Shown here: piece by piece, positions 15,509 to 29,554 of the stretch
Position numbering within the stretch: position 1 is the first letter of the stretch
Layout: the number at the start of each line of letters is the position of its first letter
DNA from: Raillietiella orientalis
Taxonomy: Eukaryota
DNA length: 64,000 nt
Assembly: GCA_036172245.1 (NCBI GenBank)
Contig: JAYWIR010000009.1
Span: 310,001-374,000, forward strand
Direction of reading: 5' to 3'
The notes under the pieces: generated by a model
Databases searched by the model: none
Told to the model about the DNA's origin: nothing
The model's input: only the letters and a program-made list of their open reading frames with translations
Position numbers and translations under genes: made by a program

Positions 15509-18500
15509 ATGATTATCCCAAAGTTCCATGCATCCCAGGAAGTTGGCTTTATATCATTGGAAATACATGCACCCTACACAAATTTGAAAGAAACCGAAGT
15601 ATTCATAGAGGGGAATGAATTTATATTTTATTCGAAACCTTTTTATTTGAGGTAGCTGGCGATTTGCTGAATTACGGAATTTCTGTAACGCGTTCCCTTC
15701 GAACACCCTTTCCATACATTAAAAAGTCTTTTATTGATTGAGGGGATTGGAGTGCACATTTGAATAATCTCTAAATATCATTGCTCCTGATGCACTGAAA
15801 ATCTTTTAGGCTAAATTTCTCAGGAGAGATCGAAGAAAATGACTCAACGAGCCTGCACTATGATGTTCACAAAGGCGTTTTCTATGTCAAGATTCCAAAA
15901 GTAAACCCACATGAAGAGTTTAAAAATATTGACTTACTTACATCTCTTCTTGCAAAAAGAAGTGAAGCAGGATTTGCTCCATTGATTGAAGTGATAGGTA
16001 TGATTAAGTAAAAACATCTGTAATTCATTGTCAAGATTTGAAAACAATTGTTCATTAATTTTGTAGAAAATGATTCCAATGCCAAGTCACAAGAATGCAA
16101 CTTCACAGAAATTAATTTCGATGAAGCCGTTGATGAAAGTGCATCAGTTGCAACAAGCCTTGATGACTGCATGTATGGATTTGCATCACAGAAAAACAAA
16201 AACTTGGACTTCAAAAAAGTACTAGTATTTTAAAGTAATTTGGCCATTACATGGATTTATAAAGTCTATACTTGTTGTACATTTTCCTATTTTATGAAGT
16301 GCTTTGTTGTTCAATAGGATGAATTGGCAGAAATTATAGAGGTCGAGGATCCCCACAGGAAAAATAAAAATGTTAGGAAACAAGAAAAAGAAGCATTAGA
16401 AAGAGAAAAATTTTCTGATGATATTTACCTTTATCAATATTTCCATCCTGAAGAATTGGAACATCTGCTTCAGTTGGAATTTTATAGCAGTAATAAGTGT
16501 GCTGAGTTTTCAGGTAAGTTCATCAATGCTCTATCAAGGATTTTTTATATCAAAGTTACATGTGATGCATGTGATTGGGAAGTTGTAGAATGTGTGGAAC
16601 CATTTCTATTTCTTTCCTTCTGCCATTTTTCTATTTTAATGGGATGTGCGATTTTTCAAATTTCTTGACTAAGGAATGATTAATGAGTTAAGAGTTTTCA
16701 AAGATTCATTTCTCATGCGCATACAATTTTAAGGATTAAACTGAGAATCTACCCTTTCACTCAGAAAACATCCTTGTATATGAAGTTACCGTAAACTTGT
16801 CATTCCTTATTATTTTTGATCCTTTTTTTTTTTTTTTAATTTCCGTGTTGATAAGGTTTTCTTGTAGATATAGAAAAGGAAAAGATGCTACAACTTTCTA
16901 ACAAAGAATACCTGTTAACAGAAAAAGCTTTCAAAAAAGTGTGCTTTAGTTTAATTGATTTGATGTATTCCTATGCCTATAATCATCGGATTACTGAGGG
17001 TGAAAATAATGTAGAATCTGCATGGAACATAACAATTCTAAGTGCTACATTGTCCTGGTTTGATGTAAGTGTTGTAAATAATTTCTTTTAAAATGTGTGA
17101 TCAATTTTATTCCATTTGGTTTTTATAAGAAACTTTTTAATGCCAGCAAATGGTTTTAAGAACAAATGTGATTAGAAAAGAGCTACATTGAAGTGCTATT
17201 TACATGAATGTAATTTGAAATGTATGGAGATGGCCTAAACCTAATAAATGAATTAATAAAATCTTTTCCTTGAAGTCATCAGATCTGAAAAAAGTCTAGG
17301 AAAATACGTCTGGAGAATACTTTTGTCATCAAATGTGTACAAACAATGCATGTAGTTCAGTGTTGATTTTCTGTGAATTGATAGGTTATTGGTTTATCTG
17401 CATGATTCACTTCTTTTACAGTAATGAAATTAAAAAGTACGCACTAGGTATTTAAGTTCGAAACCTAATGCAGTTTACTGAGTGTGTACCCTTTTTCATT
17501 TGAATGATTGGAATTTTTTGTGCACTCATCAGAGTCACATGTATGATCACTCTGCTTGAATTTCTGAAGTTAGTAGTTTATTTAATCAAGAAATGACAGC
17601 CTGTGATGTTATGTAGGTAACAAGTTTCAGGTTTCAACATTCCAATAGTTGAGATTGGAGGTCAATTAACAGTTAATTGTGTACTTTTTCTGGTAAACCA
17701 TATTATTAACTGCTATGAAATCAAAGGCTAAAGGAATGATTATGTCGGAGGAAATAAGCCTAGGATGTGAAAGAAATAGTAAACAGGAGATAATATATAG
17801 CTTTATGGCTTTATCTTTGTTATGGATGTTTCCACCTTAAGAGTAACGTTGGTGTAAGTACAGAGAACTTCTGTACAGAAAATAGGACAGAGTACAAAGA
17901 ACCTCATTCGTCGATACCTCAGTTATTAATTAAACAAAGGCGAAGTTTACTTGGAGCCAAGAAACCTCTCTTATGTTGTACTTTTTGGAACACTTTTTAT
18001 GTATCTGTTCAAAATCTCGTCAGAATGCATTCATTGAATGGATACTCAACTTCAATGGATTGAATGAAAGTTGTCAAAAAATCGGTAGCAAATGCAAAAA
18101 AAGAAAACAATGAGACGAAAACATTATCCACAAGATTATAAAAAAAATTAATTCATCGCTTAATTCTTGAACTAGCAACACTTGAGGAATTAAAAAGTTC
18201 TGTTTTGAATCAGAGTTGAAAGCCAATGTTTCATTGGATGCAACATTTCATATTGCTTTTGAATGTAGCAAAAGCAATTGCTTTTAAAAAAAGAAATTGT
18301 TTTAGATCAAGCAACCTGTAGCCGAATTTGATTTTTGAGACACATCTATCAACAGAGTTGAGGATTTTTGTGATCATTAGAAAATGAAAGTGTGGACGAT
18401 ATGTTTTATGTGGAAATATATGCATAATATGTCTACAATCTAGAATGCTTATATTGTGTGGAACAACTATAGGTTTTTGCAATTTCAATGACATTGCTAA

Positions 18501-21500
18501 TTTCTGAATTGGTAAAGTAAATTGGGTTAATCTTTTTGTTGGAGCTTATTTTTTGGTCTAACAGTAAATTTATTGTTGATTCACTTTTATTTTGCTTGTG
18601 TTAGTTTTAATGAAATTCTGCTCTTCAGCAAAAATTTGCAAGTAAAAATATCAGTTTGCTTAGTAATACCATTAATAATGGCATCCTTACAGAAACTTTG
18701 GATACAATAGGGCCACTTCTCTGTAGATAAATGCATTGCAAACAAACAAAAGTTTAGGGTCATAAATTTTAATGACTAACAATCCTGAAAAAGTTTCGTG
18801 AAAGATTATTTTTCTTTATGTAGTGTATTCAGGACAATTTTTATACACTAAGTGATGATAGTATTGTATATGTGTTGTACAATGTGCTGATTATTAACAT
18901 TTTAGTAAAAGAACGGCTTCCAATTGCAGCAGGATAATTTTTGCACAAATATTCCGCGACCGAGTACATGATTTTTATAGAAAGAATGAAATACATACTT
19001 TTATGGTTTCAGCAATGCAAAAAGAATCTTTCATAGTGTTGAATCACCTAAAGGAGTGCCCCGGTTTTTGTAAATTGTAATCAAATCAAGTTTCTGATGA
19101 GTACTTTTTCTTGTGCATTTAAAGAAAAAAAGGGGAAAAAACTCCAAATATCATGAATATTTTTTTAAAAAATCTGGTTTTTAACAGTGTAATGAGTAAT
19201 TTATGTAGTGTTCATACTTATTGTCGACAAGTATGAAAGGACATTAAATCTTGGCATAAGCATGTAATAACTCTTAAAGGAATTCAGAAGAATATTCAAA
19301 TCAGCTAGTAAACATACAAAATTTCGAGATTATGATACGGTATTTAATTTGTAACAGATTGTTTTGTGTGGTATAGACTGAAAATAATTATCCAGGAACA
19401 CCTTAAAAAAATCCTGTTGAAATGCAAAAGAGAATCAAGATTAATGATCTCTTGAGATCATACCAAAGGACTCATGTACAGAAATGATCTCAGAAGGTCA
19501 CTGTTGAAACTGAATAAATGGAAGTGCTTCATGACTAGCTTGTTTAGTTTGGTTTTTGTGTGCCTGTATTTGGTTAATGCAATAATGAAGAGTTATTATA
19601 AACTTCCGAAAAATATGTGTAAATGTATGATCTCAACATCATTCTTCTGACATTCTTAAACAGAAATCCTATGTACGTTTTATTATCTCAATATCATATC
19701 AAATAACTACTGTGCTTGCCTGTCATATGCCTTTTCGTTGTAAAGTACATTTTTGTTTTCAGGAATTCTCATCTCTTAAAGATGTCATCGTGAATTGTTT
19801 CAGAAGAAGTCTGTGCTATCCCTTATATCGTAATTGGGAATTTTCTGTGAAAATCTTTGAAGACACACAGAAAATAATTAGCAATGGTAAATCTATTCAT
19901 TCAATCCCAAAGACATTTAACGCAATTGAGGAAATTGTTTAATTTCAGGAAAAAACTGCATTATTCATTGTCTACTTGAGATTCTTATATTGTTCGAGTC
20001 TCAAGATCCATATTATTTATTGAATGAGTTTTACATGAAAGATTATTGCACTTGGTTGCAAAAAGTGGATCCATGTGTCTTGGAATTTTTAAGTGCATCT
20101 TTAAATAAGGTTTGTTTTCTTTATTAACAAAAATTGCTGAAGTTTTTAAAATGTCTAAACTTTGGATCCATAGAACTTGATGACATTTGAAGTATTGATT
20201 GTTTCACTTGGTATTTTTGTGTGATCTGTTACTGGGTATACTTGGGATTCAGTTGCATTATATTTATGATTAAAATTATATGACTCTTTGATAGTATCAA
20301 CTTGATTGATTTGCAATTGATTCTTTTTGTGATCACTGTTTGATACTGAACATATTTTGATACTGAAGAAGCATTTTTTTCTCCATCCGAGGAAAAATTT
20401 AGAGTCATATTGGATACAATGTACAACAAAGTCCATTTCTCACACATTATTTTTGAAGTCAGTGCAGAGACTCCTGCATGCTGTAATTATGAATCAGAGT
20501 TTTAGTATGATCTTTTCTTGATTGTCTTGAACTTGTAATATTTGCCACCAGAAAAACTTGTTTAACTTTTTAATTTTGTTGAGGTTTTCATTGTTTTTTG
20601 CATTGATGCACCTACAGTTACAAGATTACTGTTTTTCATGTTCAGTTCATTTGATATTTTCTATCTTGCATATCATGTCTTTACTGTTTCCATGCATTGT
20701 GATAATAGAGATTTGATTTGTGATGGAATGGAAATTGTACTGGTTTGTTTATTTAGTTAGATTTTTTATCATCATATTTCCGAATATGAAGAATTTTCAA
20801 TATTTTCCTTTAAGTTTTAGAGGCATATGCATTTCTATATCTGAGTTTTGAATGCATAATGCTTGTGCAACGTATGCTTTGTTTCATACTTCTAACCATT
20901 ACTTCACCTTTTGGAATACTTCTCTATTGTGACACTCAAAAAGGACTATTAATATAGCAAACATTGGAGCTGCTATGTTATTAAACCCGATCCTTTCATT
21001 TCCTCATGGCTTCTGAATTGCAAAAGTAAACATTCTCTGAACTCGTGCGAGAATAGTTGAAAATATTTGTGGAATGCTTTTTTTGTTCTTGTTTAAAATC
21101 TTAATCCATGCAGGTTTAATTGTGAAGGAAGTTGATCTGTTCCCATTTCTTCCAAACAAGATACTTTGCTTAGTCTGTAATCCACCCATTCCACATTGGT
21201 GTCTTCAATTTTGTGTTTTCCGTAACTTCGCCCTCTGCAGACTATGAGACACTCAAATTTTGGGCTAGGTTCATTGAATGATTCATTTACTTAAGCCACT
21301 TTAATCACTTATCTATTTTTACCAGTCTGCTTTTTTTGTTTTCTCATTCTGAGTGCATTTCTCTTGAAGCTCACCTATATTGGAAAATGAAATTCTTGAT
21401 CTTTATGTGATTATATGTATGTCATTTGGAGTGAAAAACTTTACAATTGCTATATTTTATGTGTTGACTGCCATTTAACCAAAAATTAGTCTTAAAACGT

Positions 21501-22547
21501 AAGTCAATCTCTTAAATTACTAGATTTCGTTTGTATTCTTGTCTTTCCATCAGTATGTGATCTTTTGATGAAGAGAATATCACAAATCCTGTCAGATTCT
21601 TAATTTGCTCCATTCTGTTTCATATTTGTGATTTTGTATTTCCCACATTTCAGAAATTTTTTTCTTGTCATGCTTGTAAAGAAATTCTTCTTGTGTGGAT
21701 GTTCCATATTGTTCTTTGTAGCATTTCTTTGCTTTCTTCACACCACAGCACCGTGAAACTTCTTTCTTTTTATATTTCAGGAGTCTAAACAATCTTAATT
21801 GCATAAAATAAAATGAAATTTTTTTTTAAAAGTGAATATTTGTTTTAATGTTTTAGTTTTTGGATGTTATGTGAAGGTATTTTTATTTTCATGTTAAGCA
21901 TTTTAAATTCTCCATTTTAATATGTACATCAAGATTAGGTTTGCCACTGACAATTTCTCAGTAAGGTGACCATTTCTCAGTTGATAGTAAGCTAGTTCTG
22001 CTTTTCTCATGCTTGGTTTTTCAATTGCAGTAACAAAGATTGCGTAAATAATTGTTTGAATGAAAAACAGTATTCTCGTATAAATTAATATATTATGATT
22101 ATTGATTTATCATGAAACCTTTCATTCATGATTGGTTGTAGCATTTGTTGTGTATTTGTAAACTTCATAGTGGTTTCTTGTCCTCCAAAAAAGTACATGT
22201 GCTGTTTCTTGCATACAAGAGCAACAAATGAACTGAAATCTAGTTCTGAGTCAAATAATGTATTTTTATTTGTGATTGATCATGACTTATTGAAAAGACT
22301 CTAATATATTTTGTTGAAGATCACCGTAAGTAAGCAAGATGTGGATCTAGATTTGGAAGAGCTTGAACTAGCTGCACATATTGTTCAGGAAGAGGAAGCA
22401 GACAATGCAAATGCTTCATCGATGAAAGATCTAGCAGATAATCTTAATTCATTGGGTTTATTGGAATCAAAAATGCAGGATATGCTGATTTCGAATTCTT
22501 CTTTAGATTCAGATGATTTTAGCGATAATTCAGCTGATGCTGATTAG
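15509..22547 (+). CDS. SHQ1: SHQ1 homolog (H/ACA ribonucleoprotein assembly factor), 462 aa, 8 exons: 15509-15651, 15810-15997, 16067-16218, 16318-16513, 16868-17064, 19763-19886, 19949-20109, 22320-22547
   Basis: N-terminal CS domain MIIPKFHASQ..FIFYSKPFYLRLNFSG..FKNIDLLTSLL..PLIEVI. SHQ1 domain motifs YGFA, EKFSDDIYL, DLMYSYAYNHRITEGENNVESAWNI, RRSLCYPLYRNW, YLLNEFYMKDYCTWLQ, LDLEELE, then an acidic tail. GT-AG introns join in frame (1389 nt). Confidence 0.93.
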
Positions 22548-22688
22548 AGTGATCTTAAGAGATGACAAACTGTATATTCGCAAAGTATTATTGTGCTTTA
22601 TGCATTTAATTTAAGGGATATTCAATGTAATCAGGAAACCATGTGCTTGGCATTTCAAGTGTACTTTTCATGAACTTGAAAATTAAAA

Positions 22689-24384
22689 ATGACTGTCTTG
22701 ATTCCCATATGTAGTCAAAAGACTTGTCAGTTCCTTAATAAAGAATTTTTAACAGGACAGTGCATGAAATATTCAGTAAAGAGAATTATCCCTTTGGATC
22801 CTTCTCATGTGGAGCAAACCCCAGGTAGAATTGTTTATTTTTCTTGGTCAGCTTCTAGTAACTTTAGTTCTGGAGCATGTATCCGAAAAAAAATCACCAG
22901 GAAAAAGGGTTTATACGTGGGGACTTGCAGTACATGGGGCATTAGCACAGCATACTTTACTGTGTCCATCAAGACCCCAAACAGAAATGAAATTATATAT
23001 GCATCGACCCCTTCGGAACTCTTTTGCCGAATTGAATAAGGTGTCTGTGGCTCCAAATGTTTTGCATCATGAGCAGATATCTTTCAGATCCATAACATAG
23101 CATGTGGCTACAGTTTTACATTGTTTTCTGTGAGGCAGGGCCAGCAACCAGGTATTTATGGAGCTGGGCTGAATACAGATGGACAAATTGGTAAATGCCA
23201 CCAAAAGTTGCCATTTGTTTCACTGGTGTTTGCTAATTGCATAGGAGAACACTCACCTCAGTTGCCAGAGCACACTGAAGTGGTTCCTGGACCCAAACAC
23301 ATAAAGCTCCCTTTAAAATCTACCCATATTCTGTCTCTGGCAGCAGGACGTGCACATGCAGGGACTGTTACCAGTGATGGAGTTTTCCTCTGGGGAAACA
23401 ATGCATATGGCCAGTGTGGTCGAACAGTCATACCTGATGAGGATTACCAACACTCATTTGTCCCCAATCATATTGTTGATCTTCAAGGCCATTCAGCAAC
23501 TAAGCTGTTTTGTGGACAAGATCATACGTATAAGTTGCATAATTTCAGTGCACAATAGCTCGTTTATTTTTTTAGATTAATCTTGACTCAGGAAGGATTG
23601 GTGTATGCTTGTGGTTGGGGAGCAGATGGGCAGTTGGGAATAGGAACATATGATAATGCTTGTAAGCCTACTCAAGTAAATGGAGATATTGCTGGAGAAA
23701 ATATAGTGAAACTATCTTGTGCAGCTGATTGTGTACTAGCTCTTAATGGTGAGGACATAAAAGGATAGCATCACAAATCCGCATTAGACAAGGGCGAGGT
23801 ATTTGGTTGGGGAAATTCAGAGTACAACCAATTAGCAATGGTTACAAATGAGCAGCAACTTTGCATACCAAGGTATTTACCATTGAAAGAAATGGGTAAA
23901 ATAATAGACGTCGCTTGTGGAGGCACGGTGTGTCTGGTTGTTAATGGTCTGCTTTTGTTTTTTCTTTGTCATAAAATTGAAATTTTGTAGAAGAGGGTCA
24001 AGTGTTTGTTTGGGGATTTGGTATTCTTGGAAAAGGACCAAACTGCTATTCTTCATCCAAACCCACCGAAATCCCCAGCACTTTGTTTGGTCGTAATATT
24101 TTACAGCCCAATGTTAGAGTCGTTAGCATAGAAGCAGGGTTGTATCATCAGTGTGCTATTAACAATCGCGGAGATCTCTTTACTTGGGGACGCAACAAAT
24201 ATGGATGCTTAGGATTAGGGATTAAGACTGATCAATACTTTCCATTAAGAGTAAGTTGATGAAGCTTCAAGTATTTCGTTATTGGTTTTGGGGGAATGCA
24301 TTTCAGGTTTCCATACCTGCGCTCGTTAAGAAAGCTGCTTGTGGCGTAGACCACACAGTAGCCCTGTGTGAGGAGGTAGTTTGA
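22689..24384 (+). CDS. RCC1L: RCC1-like protein (WBSCR16 ortholog, mitochondrial), about 454 aa, 8 exons: 22689-22824, 22868-23040, 23088-23190, 23245-23527, 23576-23748, 23788-23946, 23991-24250, 24307-24384. Start codon uncertain (22689 or in-frame 22764).
   Basis: RCC1 repeats VYTWGLAVHGAL, IACGYSFTL, GLNTDGQIG, AAGRAH, GNNAYGQCGR, CGQDHTL, VYACGWGADGQLG, GEVFGWGNSEY, VFVWGFGILGKGP, LFTWGRNKYGCLGLG, CGVDHTVAL. GT-AG introns join in frame (1365 nt). AATAAA at 24602-24607. Confidence 0.92.
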
Positions 24385-25669
24385 TTTCATGCAACCGGAG
24401 TAGCGATGCGCCACCAGACTAGCTGCATCATATGATGCCATGTGCTCTTTACCGTTTATCATTGGAGGCTGCATATGGTTTACTAATACAAGTGTGGTGC
24501 TTTTGGTTGGAAACTGTTTCATCATGCTCTCTCTTGATGGCAGTTGCCCAAGATATTATTTGATCTACCAAAAGTTATTTTTTTTAAGTTTCTAAGTTTC
24601 AAATAAACTTGCTAAAGCTAGTCAATTGGGTACATGTGTCATTTATTTAAGTATTTTCGGATTTCTACAATGAATTTTAGAGCTGAGGTTTAGAGCGGAT
24701 TCATTCCGAGGGAAACCTCGGTCCGAGAGTGGAAGGTTCTCTTCGGCAGGATCAAAACTACAATTTTTATTTATTCACGGAAGCAGAGGTCTGTGGACCA
24801 ACAGAATGTTGTCTTCATTGATCAAGAAAGCGTGGTAAGACTCCACGCCTGAACGTGGACGGGTATCTCCCATACTCAGCTGCTTCATGGACCACCCTAC
24901 GATCCAAATTCCAAAAACGGACCTTCGTGATGCGTGTTTTTACTCTCGGTTGTGATTATTTCTCCACATGCTCGGCTTTCTGGAAATGATGCAGGTGAAA
25001 AAGAAGCGATGTTTTCGAATTTTCGTGTTTCCTTGTCTCACGTGTTAGAGAAACCTGCAATTATGTCCTACGTGTTTGTGGTCCTGACCTACGCCCCCAA
25101 ACATACTTAGAAGGCAAACCAAAATCTTTCTAAGACTTTGGCTACACCGAAATGCCAGATCTACCCTTATACCAGTGCTTCTTTCATCTATTTGCTTGCG
25201 GCATTGCCACTTGTACTGAGCAAGCTTAATGAATGATTAAAAGCTAGGGAGTTTGGCATTCCTGAGCTCGCGTTTTGTATTCTCGTTTGCAAATCCAAAA
25301 GAAAGTGGTTTTACGGCTTCTGGCCTTCTTCGGCATCCCATTGAAGGGAATGCTTGAAGCCACAGGGTTTCCGAGGCGTTCGAAAGAGAGTCCTGTCCTT
25401 CCTTTCCAAGGAATGTTACCTGAGAAAACTCCTTAGGATCCGGCACGGGTTTTGCGGAATTTCCGGAAGAGTTCCAGGGAGACCACCAAATCGACAGCCG
25501 TTTCAAGTTGGGAGACGTGGAACTCTGGCAAGTCTACCACCTGCTCTTCATTGCTCATCAATAGCCAAGACTGCTTCGCAATCGTTTCTCGCGGCCGAGC
25601 GTTGTCCTGCGGGACTGCTCCCTGACTCCTGAGCGCGCTGAGTGTGCAGAGTGCGTCCGCCTGTCATTC

Positions 25670-26350
25670 ACCGTGGGCGCATTAAAAGTGCGCGCGCACC
25701 CACTCAGTCGGTGTTCCCTTACGATGATTGCTTGTGCAGTGAATTCTAGGTTCATCCAGTTCGGTGTTTTTCGCACGACGAATTCCAGGTTCGTACCTAG
25801 ACATCCGAAACAGTCGACAGTAGGGATCATAGGACGCGGGAAGCCTGAAGGGAGGCCACATAGAAGGTACGACTCGGAATCCAAAATGGAACAGCTCCTG
25901 GATTCTGCTATTTCAAGTCCAAAAAAGGATGTGACAAATGCGGATAAAAGAAAAAGCGGAACTTTCATGGAACCATGGAAGCATAGGGAATGCTGATTTC
26001 GCTTTCCTCATGGGAGCGACAACCCTAGGGCCCAACAAAAGTCTATTTCCGCCCCAGCCACGAGACGACGCCAACAGTTCGGCTACGCTGGCCTCGTTTT
26101 GCCATTTCCTCAAACCGAGGAAAAGCCACGTTGCACACAGAAAGCAAGGATGGCCAGAACCCTTTGCTTTTGTGGAAATTCCAACACATTGAGTGGAATC
26201 CAAGCAAGAAAACCGTGCTGCAAAATGACTCCTTCGTCCCAAAAGTCTCATTCTGATGCCGCACACAGTCGCCAAAGCGGAAGAGCCCACATTTTTCGGT
26301 GCAGTGCGTAGTAGTGATGGAAGACAGCTTCGATCACAATCATCTATGAA
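25670..26350 (+). mobile_element. Highly decayed RTE-like LINE endonuclease remnant
   Basis: VGALKVR..TNSRF, FLMGATT..DDANSSATLASFC and HIFRCSA echo, in the right order, the APE motifs IGxWNVR/SETRF, IMGDFN..N..LL.FC and RVFRSA. Stops and frameshifts. Confidence 0.35.
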
Positions 26351-27957
26351 TTCTTCTACATGTCTGTACAAAAAGTAATGCTCCTTCAGGAGCTGCCTCT
26401 TAGGAAGCGGGCAGCTATGAGAGAAGTACGCACTAGATTTCCGGAAGAAGAGGAAGATGATTCAGACACTAGTTTACTCCGCAGCTATCAGTTTGAAAAA
26501 AAATAAAAAAAATAAACTATGAATTTGAGAGGCGCACAGAAGACGGTCAGGCACCATATAGGTCCTGCGACTGGAAATGCTGTGTAGCTGTAAAATAGGT
26601 CGACACATCCAGAAGAAAACCTCATATCCGGAACAATATGTCATCTACCAGGTGATCAGACAGAATTCAAAGATACTCAAAGATGCCCCTCGCAAATTTG
26701 CGAGAAGATTCAAAATCAACTGTCGACATTCAACTAGATATTTCCTCTCTGACTTCATCGGAAAGTAAACCCAGTCCGTCATTTTCATGTAACACAACAA
26801 ATTAAAATAATATTGAGAGTTCAGTTTTTTAGATACTCTGGCGATGTTTTGAGCGGATATTCCTTCATCTGTGCATGCTAATTACTATTACATATTGCTA
26901 TCGTTGAACCAAATCTATAGTGGCAGCAGTGTCTTTTGGAACACCGGAGTGCTTTGCAGAGCTCACCTTTACTGCTATGATGCAAATCTGTGAGCAATCT
27001 GCCTCTCACTATGACAGCGGTGCTGACTTGTTCCTGTGCGTCAAAAGGATGCTGCAAAATGTAACACAATTTCAAATTCCTCTCGTCTCTCTTCAAGATA
27101 TATCCAAATTTCCCAACTTCCATCACCGGATTTTTTATTTTTATTCTTTTTCAATTTGCAAATCCACACATGCCGAGAGTTCAAGTGGTCATGCCTTTTG
27201 GGTTTTTTTCCCCTCCTGGCTCTGGCTTTGCCAACAACTCCGTTGTACTTGCGATCCCCCGATTAGGACACGAACATCAGCCACTTGGCAGTGTTTGCCC
27301 TGCCGCCTGAACACCTGGTGCGCCCAACTGTTCCAGAACAATCGCGCGGAACGTTTTGTGGGCGGCAACCGCGCTGCGCCTTGTTCTGTGCGCGATTTGC
27401 CAAATGAAAGAAAATGATTTTCTGCCAAGAAAATCGGTGCATCTCACCGTTCCTTGCTGAGTGACCCTTGAGCATCATGGCAAACAGTCCACCCGGTACG
27501 TGGTATGATGCGTTCTCCCTCCGCCCACAATAGACTGTCTACCACCAACAGTTGCAAACGTGTTGAATGAATCGCGAAAAGCCTGCAAAAAAGTGCAGCC
27601 GCGGTGGGAGAGCAGGCGGACGTCTGAAGACCTGCGTTGCAACGTCGAGACGGGACAGCTTCCTTCGGGAATGCTTGTGCCCTTCCCTCGCTTTCCACTG
27701 CGAGCGAGCAGAAGTGGGCGCCACGAAGTGGACACCTTTCGACCGCGAACGCGGAAACTGTGGAAAGCCTGAATTCGGGGAGACACGTGGATCGAAATTC
27801 CCGTCGGGACGTCCGTGAGCATTCCAGTTGATCGGCTCCCAATTCCGCAAACACGACAGTTTGCTGTTCGGAAACGCTGATGTCGCGCTGCGTCGGCAAA
27901 GTTGCGGGCTCGTCGAGGCCACTGTCGAAGCCTTTACCTGCCTGCTGTTTGTCAAGA

Positions 27958-28668
27958 GGCCCGCGCTGGAGACTGTGCGGCTGCGGCTTCCGCGCGTCAA
28001 CCAAGCGTCACGGGTTCTAATCTCACCCAGGGAAGGATCAACGCCGAGAATGGGGGTGCTTTGTGGGTCTACCTCCCAGCAGGATGACGCCAGCTGGCCA
28101 GCGAGCTTCGGGTGCGGCGGCACCAGTGAAAGCCAGAAACTGGATGCCTCCGTTGGCTGGTCGGGATTGGAATTTGACTCTCTGGGGTCCTTCCAGGACA
28201 TCAAGGAGTCGGTCCTCTTCGGGCTGCAACCTTTGGTTGTAAAAGGGGGGCTGTAGCATGGAGCGGATTGATGCTCCCCTAGGAGGGTGCCTCTCCAGAG
28301 TGCTAAGAAGCGCGCTTCTCTCTTCGAGATTCTCTTCAGAGAAGTAACCAGGAACAGTTCTCTTGCGAGTTCCCTCGGAGAAGAAATTCTAGGAGCGGAT
28401 CCTTTCCGGGTTCCTTTTGGAAAAGAACAAGCAGAGACCCCTTCCAGGAGGTTCCTCCGGAGAGAACCAGGGCGAGGATTCCTTTCGAGACTCCTTGCCG
28501 AGCCTAAGAAAAAAGGACTCCTTCCTCTGGGACCTTCCTGGATTCATAGGGTGGTCCCTCCGGGGTTATCTCCTATAACTGGAAGAGTCACGCGCACCCT
28601 CTGGTGGAGTGGACGGTGCTTCAAGAGCTTTGTGAGTGCCTGCTAGGAGGCGAACGGTTCTTCAGCAC
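27958..28668 (+). mobile_element. tRNA-headed SINE-like element, copy A
   Basis: Head GGCCCGCG with a B-box-like GGTTCTAATCTC (28013-28024). Shares the body blocks GGTCCTTCCAGG..TCAAGGAG and CCTGGATTCATAGGG and the tail GGAGGCGAACGGTTCTTCAGCAC with the other copies. Confidence 0.7.
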
Positions 28669-28758
28669 TCCGCAAACCAAGTCCGACCATACGCTGAGGA
28701 GCTCCGACGAAGTCCCCAAGATCACGGAAGAGTTGGGGTATGAGAAAAACAAGAAAAG

Positions 28759-28816
28759 GAACAACAGCAGCAACAGAAGCAGAAGCAACAACAACAACAG
28801 CAGCAGCAGCAGCAAC
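28759..28816. repeat. Imperfect (CAA/CAG/GAA)n trinucleotide microsatellite
   Basis: aacaacagcagcaacagaagcagaagcaacaacaacaacagcagcagcagcagcaac. Confidence 0.8.
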
Positions 28817-29554
28817 TACGCGCCCTTCCCCCCCATGTCGACAACGTGCATTGCGCGGGGGAGCCCAATGCAGCAGCACCAGCAGAGCCGCCTGCTGCCG
28901 CCTGACGGGGAGATACGAAGTTCTCCTTGACCACCGGGTGGTACGTCCGGCTCTTCCGGCGGAGGGCCGGAGAGTTCACCCGGGCGAACAAGCCCTGTGA
29001 GAGGGGTCAACATGAACTTGAGACTCAATACCTCAGCTAAAAATCGTGCTTAGATATCGCCTAATATTCAAGTACGTATTCAGCCAATTTTTCAGACAAG
29101 CATGCTGCAATTCTCAAATATAGCATCTTCTGGGAAAAATGAATAGGCACTTTTTTAACGGAAATCAGAGAATTCTTTCTCTTAAATAATCAGAGAGTAT
29201 ACAGGAAAAAACAAAAAAAATCACCATGACAATGAATCCCACTAAATATTCATTTGTTCTGAATAATTTAATGTTTTCAGAGTTCCCAACCAAATCAGTA
29301 GACTTTTTCTATGCAACAGCAATTACTAATAAATCATGACAAATTGACAAAGGCATCCTATTAGAATCACAGTAATAACCTCAAATCAACCATTAGGTTG
29401 AGAACTTGATTTAAGAAAAACGAATGCATGCACTAATGCAAAAAAAAGAAAAAAGAAAGCAACTTCAAGAATTAAAAAGTAAATAATCATTGGACATCTA
29501 TGCTTAGAATATTGCTGCATTTGTATGGAAATGCGGAAAGAATGACGTTATAGT

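Noticed and set aside
18852..18890. C-box (GTGATGA) and D-box (CTGA) pair in an SHQ1 intron
   Set aside because: Only about 39 nt overall, too short for a C/D snoRNA; such motifs arise by chance in AT-rich introns.
28604..29000. PolyN/S, polyL and polyC ORFs
   Set aside because: They are products of a trinucleotide microsatellite next to a SINE end, with no splice or domain support.
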